Assembly (NCBI GenBank): GCA_965153285.1
Contig: OZ229111.1
Reading direction: 5' to 3' (one strand)
Length of the DNA stretch: 64,000 nucleotides
Source: Podarcis tiliguerta
Lineage: Eukaryota
The stretch's first letter is position 1; each line of letters begins with the position of its first letter. Below, one piece after another: positions 60,501-64,000 of the stretch. Below the pieces are notes generated by a model that was given only the letters and a program-made list of their open reading frames with translations, had not been told where the DNA came from and made no database searches. The position numbers and the translations under genes were made by a program.

Positions 60501-62951
60501 GGAGAAAATATCCTCTCTGAAATTTCAGCATTACCCATCTAGATGAATGGGATGACAAACTACATCCCCAAAATCTAATCAACACAGTTATGTTTAGGCT
60601 GCTCTTTTATACAGAATGAAGAATAACAACCAACTCATAGAATGAAGAATCATAACCAACTAATGAAACACTATCTACAATGACTGGAAATCAAGATTTA
60701 ATCCAGTAACAACAAATTCATAGCACATATGGACTTCCATACCAGGTAACAAAGTAAATATCCAACACAAGAAAAGGTGTCTAGAAGAAGAATGACATAT
60801 TAGAAAAACCCACATTAGCAAAAGATTTTCAAAAAGAATTTGAGATTTTTTTAGATGTTATGATCCTTACTTGTTAACATACCAGCTCCTAGGAAAACCT
60901 TCATAAATCTGAGACATAAGATGATAAAAAAATTAACCACTGAACACTTACAGTGCAATGCTAGACAAGACTACTCAGAAGTAAGCCCCACTGACTTCAC
61001 TGAGGCTTGTTCCTAGGCAAGCTGGTACAGGATTGCAGCCTAAATACTAAATGAGGAGTTTGTAAAGGTGAGGGGGACAAATGGATAAAACAAGCCTTTC
61101 CTATTTCAAAAGAACTACCCAACACAAATTTTATGATAGAAACAGGCTTCCTTTCACAGACTACATAACAAGTTTATTCTCAAAACAGATTATTAATGAT
61201 GTTCAGTGTCAAATGTAAGATATATTTATCTATACAGTGGGTGGCCTAGAAAAAACCCGAACACAATATTTGGGAAGCTGTCTGTTGCAGAAAAACTTAT
61301 TTCTCCCCTTGGCCAATCTACTTTATCAAAATAGTCTTAAGTTCAAAGCAATACCACCAGCTGCCTGATGAGCCTGAAATTAGGGATTTTATTATTAGAT
61401 GCAAGAAGAATTGCCAGAAAAGAACAGCTATTATCTACAGAAATTCCAGTTCAGAAAGTCACTGGATGAAAAATATCACTATTAAAGAAAGTCACTAGAA
61501 GGTGATGAGTTAACTTACTAAGAATAAAGGTCTTATGAAGGTGAAATCTATCAAAGAGAAAAAGTTGAAAGACAAAGTTGTGCAGAACCACTACATAGAG
61601 AAAGGACCTATGAGGTTATTGTGAAAAGATTGTGTCCAGCTAGCTTATATATTCTAACATGGGGATAAGTCCTAAGTCCTTGAATTAATATGGCATTTTA
61701 TAAATGGTGGTACTGCTGGATGCAAGAACTCTACAGGCTGAACCTTGCTTCTCTTCTTTTTGGATGAGAAACTGGACATCTTATAAGAATGTCTACTGAA
61801 ATATCTGCATCTTCTGGTTTTCAGAACTGACCTTATAAGTAACAGGAATACTTTTCCAAAGTCCATCTATAATTACTTGGATAGCTTTAGAATCAAAACA
61901 AGGAAGAGTTTCTAAATAAGGAAATGAAACTGATATATTCATAGGAAATAGAAAGCTCTGAGCTATATGAACAAAGCCGCAACATACAGACACACATACA
62001 TGGCAGAATTGTCCAAAAGAAGTACAAGCAACTGGAGGAATGACAGGCACAAAGCTCTGAGGATTTTTACTCTACCGGATTTCAGAAACCTCACAAGGGA
62101 ATATAAAGGAGATTGCTGACTGGACAGCCTGAGAAGTCACCCATCAGTCCAGATTGGTGGATCTGAGGACACAAGGCTTGTATTTCAAGAGACATTCTGC
62201 TGCATTAAACAACCAATTGTTGGATCCTCCACTTTACACTGAATCTGTATATAAGGCTGTCCGTAACACCTTTCTTGGAGACTTACAGGGTTCTAGTAAC
62301 TTCTCACCACCTCTTAGATTTCTAAAAAAAGAGTCCCCTCAATTTTAAAACTAAGATGTCTCACACAAATATCTTAAAAACAAATACAGGAATAAAAACT
62401 TTGCAAACTTGAAAAGCAGCAGGCATAGGTTTATGCAGTCCATGAATGAGATTAACCATAAGGCAAGAGTGGCTAAACTGTGGTTGGCAGCGTGGGGCTA
62501 CATTTGGTCACGCTGATTGGGGCTGATGGGAATTTGTAGTCCAATAATATCTGGAGGACCACAGGTAAGCTACCCCTGCCATATGGAGATGACTTGCCAG
62601 CAAATGACAGGACTTTTTTTTTTGGTACAGTTCAAAGGAGTAGTCTTGCTTTAAGCCTTTAGGTAAAACAGCTTATTTGAAGTTCCAAAAATACATGAGA
62701 AAATGTTACATAAACAGAACATCCTACGTCTCAGTCCAGACTACAATTTTATCTTTTGAACTGCCTACAAAATTTGTGTGACAAAGGAAAGTGCTTTATC
62801 TTCCTACTTCAAAATGGTTCCATCTGGTGGAATTTCTGGCTTTATACTCACATGTGTGGATTCTGAAAAGGAACTCCAGGGTTCAAAGTAAATCGCGCTG
62901 TGGATTTGAAAGGTGGGTTTGCAAAATTCAACTTCAGTGCTCTGCGCTTAC
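33338..62951 (-). CDS. MAP2K4: MAP kinase kinase 4, 5'-partial: complement join(62852-62951,48937-49111,45472-45591,40922-41041,40242-40293,39423-39550,37800-37877,36047-36195,34134-34179,33338-33451)
   Basis: The spliced exons (1082 nt) give the D-site KRRALKLNF, GxGxxG (GRGAYG), MAVK, HRDIKPSN, DFG, activation loop SIAKT, APE, and the C-terminus PSSPMYVD*. Confidence 0.98.
33968..34044 (+). mobile_element. L2 3'-terminal stub with (AAT)n tail
   Basis: GCTGCCCAGAGTGGCTGGGGCAACCCAGTCAGATGGGTGGGG followed by (AAT)n; same two-tier stem-loop layout as the large L2. Confidence 0.75.
34134..34179 (-). CDS. MAP2K4: MAP2K4 exon 10 ([15 protein letters not shown])
   Basis: ttttag|...|gtgagt, 46 nt. 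Confidence 0.96.
36047..36195 (-). CDS. MAP2K4: MAP2K4 exon 9 ([13 protein letters not shown]...FVNLC)
   Basis: tgtag|...|gtgagt, 149 nt. Confidence 0.96.
36937..37177. mobile_element. Tigger/pogo-like MITE, related to the 26912 copy, opposite orientation
   Basis: AGTCATACCTCGGGTT...AACCCGAGCGTCCACTG|TA; shared GAAGTA...GTTACTTC internal palindrome. Confidence 0.78.
37800..37877 (-). CDS. MAP2K4: MAP2K4 exon 8 ([26 protein letters not shown])
   Basis: ttcag|...|gtaagt, 78 nt. Confidence 0.96.
39423..39550 (-). CDS. MAP2K4: MAP2K4 exon 7 (IKPSNILLD...DFG...SIAKT...PYMA)
   Basis: ttgcag|...|gtaagt, 128 nt. Confidence 0.96.
40242..40293 (-). CDS. MAP2K4: MAP2K4 exon 6 ([17 protein letters not shown])
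   Basis: cctag|...|gtaggc, 52 nt. Confidence 0.96.
40922..41041 (-). CDS. MAP2K4: MAP2K4 exon 5 ([16 protein letters not shown]...ITLA)
   Basis: cttag|...|gtaagt, 120 nt. Confidence 0.96.
41321..41840. mobile_element. Non-autonomous Tc1/mariner (Tc2/Kanga-like) MITE
   Basis: ~26-bp TIRs CCGTATATACTC.../...GAGTATATACGG, TA on both flanks, internal GAGTATAAGC repeats. Confidence 0.88.
41878..44892 (+). CDS. L2 ORF2: AP-like endonuclease + reverse transcriptase (first ~27 codons probably host flank)
   Basis: EN motifs CNARS, VTETW, RGGGVA, YRPP, GDFN, HTLDL, SDH. RT motifs [29 protein letters not shown]2-type C-terminus SRLDYCNSL...LHWLP...RAFS. No stop codons. Confidence 0.93.
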   Translation: MSTPKYNGTAFLLTPGVVRCLLGFSIWYGGGGRYYRRRGSRYGYARTPSNLRLIPRDESRVSKDYSPPSLVLCNARSIGNKTATLRDFFISQGVDLACVTETWVREGATVTLREMAPPGFSVLHQSRTVGRGGGVALLIREDCPFRALPSPSIPGIECVGLVWGSEESLAVWLVYRPPSAPAATLSGLLEAVAGWALEFPNLLVLGDFNTHADATPSSQALDLVSSMATLGLSQFVSGPTHQAGHTLDLIFGVGIDVIMSPSMKVPWSDHYALKARIDFPPPPCLGGEPIWARPQRLMDPDRFRQALRDLAPPGDSLTELVEGWNIQLLAAIDEIAPKRPLRPRRNRAPWFTEELRKMKRDLRRLERVWRGARDGASRTSYRAFMKTYEMAVKAAKKSYFSASIASASSRPAQLFRIIRSLTSLEGQPNLNNNLTHSCEAFASFFAEKVLLLRHDLPANLDTIKELEAPRLSSGPVLDHFNRISPADVDRLLRAGKPTTCPLDPCPSWLIRACPDEVRALLGDIINLSLGTGTFPGELKEAVVRPLLKKTSLDPLDLSNYRPVSNLPFLGKVIERAVAEQLGGFLDETSALDPFQSGFRAGHGTETALVALTDDLRRQLDRGGSGLLILLDLSAAFDMVDHELLDHRLADVGIQGTALQWLRSFLSGRGQRVALRGELSSRHSLVCGVPQGAILSPMLFNIFMRPLAQLVRSFGLGCHQYADDTQLYLLMDGHPDSAPDTLTRCLEAVAGWLRGSRLKLNPSKTEVLWLGRDDMGLRGQLPSLAGVQLVPAPSVKSLGVIFDTSLSMEAQIAATTKAAFFHLRQAKQLAPYLSRPDLATVIHATVTSRLDYCNSLYVGLPLRLTQKLQRVQNAAARLLTGSSLRDHIHPVLYQLHWLPVEYRIRFKVLVLTFKALYGLGPSYLRDRLSWYAPQRNLRSSNKNILKVPGHREVRLASTRARAFSAVAPIWWNTLSQETRALRDLTSFRRACKTELFHQAFGQGTA
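41957..45080 (+). mobile_element. Young L2-clade LINE, 5'-truncated, antisense in MAP2K4 intron 4
   Basis: GC/CpG-rich block, intact EN+RT frame, 3' stem-loop, AATAAA and (ATT)n tail; candidate 5-bp TSD AATAT at 41952-41956 and 45081-45085 (5' boundary tentative). Confidence 0.93.
45086..45215 (+). mobile_element. Old CORE-like SINE 3' half directly downstream of the L2
   Basis: CTTGGGCCAG...CTCAGTTTAACCTACC...CAGGGTTGTTGTG...ATAAAATGGGG. Confidence 0.55.
45472..45591 (-). CDS. MAP2K4: MAP2K4 exon 4 ([12 protein letters not shown]...ALFRE)
   Basis: ttcag|...|gtgggc, 120 nt. Confidence 0.96.
45815..45945 (-). mobile_element. Old CORE-like SINE
   Basis: AACCTGTAAGGAAGGTTAGGCTGA...GGATTCAAACCTGATCTCC...CTAACCAC. 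Confidence 0.55.
48397..48558 (+). mobile_element. Sauria SINE, 5' half
   Basis: GGGACGCAGGTGGCGCTGTG...GCAAGTAGATAAG, reverse complement of the 23135 copy's head. Confidence 0.85.
48937..49111 (-). CDS. MAP2K4: MAP2K4 exon 3 ([15 protein letters not shown]...GRGAYG...MAVK)
   Basis: tggcag|...|gtaggt, 175 nt. Confidence 0.96.
52095..52205 (+). mobile_element. Decayed L2 RT fragment
   Basis: Frameshifted match to the NIxMxPL...[10 protein letters not shown] region (TGTCATCAG...TGATAACACCCAACTC). Confidence 0.5.
54248..54560 (-). mobile_element. Penelope-like retroelement remnant: 3' end plus inverted partial pLTR, inserted in (TA)n
   Basis: Perfect inverted arms 54276-54408 and 54428-54560; extra 28-nt tail (54248-54275) on one arm only; flanked by (AT)n at 54226-54247 and 54561-54590; CTGAAGA...GAAAC motif. 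Confidence 0.8.
54466..54510 (+). ncRNA. Minimal type I hammerhead-ribozyme-like motif (mirror copy on - at 54326-54370)
   Basis: CTGAAGA (54471-77), T, stem II GACGAG/CTCGTC with loop TGAGAC, GAAA (54497-500), CGTC; palindromic ACGT as helix III; stem I weak. Confidence 0.6.
55500..55665. repeat. Unclassified interspersed repeat, copy 1
   Basis: Aligns with 58465-58638 (CTATACAGCTGCAAA...GTGCAATATACAAT...AAATTCAATG...AAAAAGCATTTT...TGTAGATTC). Confidence 0.65.
58465..58638. repeat. Unclassified interspersed repeat, copy 2
   Basis: Diverged direct copy of 55500-55665. Confidence 0.65.
60550..62350 (+). mobile_element. Possible highly decayed L1/Tx1-like LINE
   Basis: A-rich strand bias; TTTACTCTACCGGATTTCAGA (FTLPDFR) near 62066 resembles the L1 GGxxLPxF motif; boundaries uncertain. 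Confidence 0.3.
62463..62578. repeat. Short hairpin MITE, same family
   Basis: CAAGAGTGGCTAAACTGTGG...GGGGCTGATGGGAATTTGTAGTCC...CCACAGGTAAGCTACCCCTG. Confidence 0.55.
62852..62951 (-). CDS. MAP2K4: MAP2K4 exon 2 ([33 protein letters not shown])
   Basis: ctctcag|GTAAG...|gtgagt, 100 nt. Confidence 0.95.
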
Positions 62952-64000
62952 CTGAGAGATAAACAAACACACAAAAAACACTCTTGTCGGCAAGAGAACA
63001 TATATTACTGTATTGAAAGCATCCAAAATAAACCAGAACCAAAAAATATAACATATTCTTCCCTACATGAAACATTTCACATAAACAATGACATTTAATA
63101 TGCAATATCAATAGATTAGTCATTGGATAGGGCTTCTGAACTTAACTCCAAATTGAGCCGCTGAGCATGTCTACATCTGACAAACAGCTTATTTGGTCTA
63201 CAAATGCCCTTGTTTTTACAATTATACTAAAACCCCTTCCTTTAATGCTGGTGACTAGCCGCAAAATATTTCCCATGTATTCATATTTTTGATAATATTG
63301 CTAGGTCAAGGGTCAAAATATATCACCTCATTATTCTGAAGCACTAACATGCATAGGATGTGTACAAGGTTCAATAAGGGCAGGAATACAGCCTTGACTG
63401 TAGCTTGAATTACCACTATGTGATGTAGCTGGGTCACAAAATCCAGCAAAAGTAGCTAGCAAAAACAAGCCAATACTGTTGCCTACTGAAGGGAGATGTG
63501 CAGGTCTGCATGCAATTGAGAAAACATTTCTGGGCATGAAAAAGAATGTGTAGATCAGTGTGCATATAGGAGTATGCTAGCATATGCACATGTATCTGCG
63601 AGCCTGAATGTGTGAATGCAAGAGAGCAAGGACATACTTGCACATGCCAGCAGGTGTTGAGAGAGCAAGTGTATATGTGCTTTTTTTGTAGCCAATGGGG
63701 AATGGGGAACTCCTCGCTTAAAAAGAAGAGGAATCTGCTGGCATATTAATACATATAGCATCTATAAATGTGTGCAAGTTTCCTAAGCATAAATACATTG
63801 CTGTATCTCACAACTATAGCAAGTGGCAAGTTAAAGCTGCTGTTGAACTTAAAGTTGAGCCTATCAAACATTTTACTACCATGTATTCTGCAATGAAGTG
63901 TGCAGAGGCCACCCCACGTTTACTGACTGTCTGGTTTTTCATACCTCCTATCTCCTCACAGCAACAGTCTTCATGTCAAGGAAGCAGGAAGCCCCAGTTT

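Noticed and set aside
60613-60664. 26-bp tandem duplication
   Set aside because: Two imperfect units only; ordinary slippage, not an array or CRISPR.

Overview
Vertebrate genomic DNA, almost certainly a squamate and probably a lacertid lizard (inferred from Sauria/POM-type SINEs). Two genes converge tail-to-tail. MYOCD (myocardin) is on + with 12 coding exons (1109-25058; exon 1 lies left of the window). MAP2K4 (MKK4) is on - with coding exons 2-11 (33338-62951; exon 1 lies right of the window). I traced all 22 exons by hand: each has canonical AG/GT ends and consistent phases. The introns carry many mobile elements: a young L2 LINE with an uninterrupted endonuclease+RT frame, Sauria SINEs, hAT and Tc1/mariner MITEs, and CR1/RTE-X/L2 relics. 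Most notable: (i) a perfect 133-bp inverted repeat of Penelope-like type inside a (TA)n tract, each arm carrying a minimal hammerhead-ribozyme core; (ii) a myocardin whose second RPEL motif keeps the MRTF-type actin-binding consensus that mammalian myocardin lacks. Repeat family names and comparisons to human proteins come from recall, not database searches.
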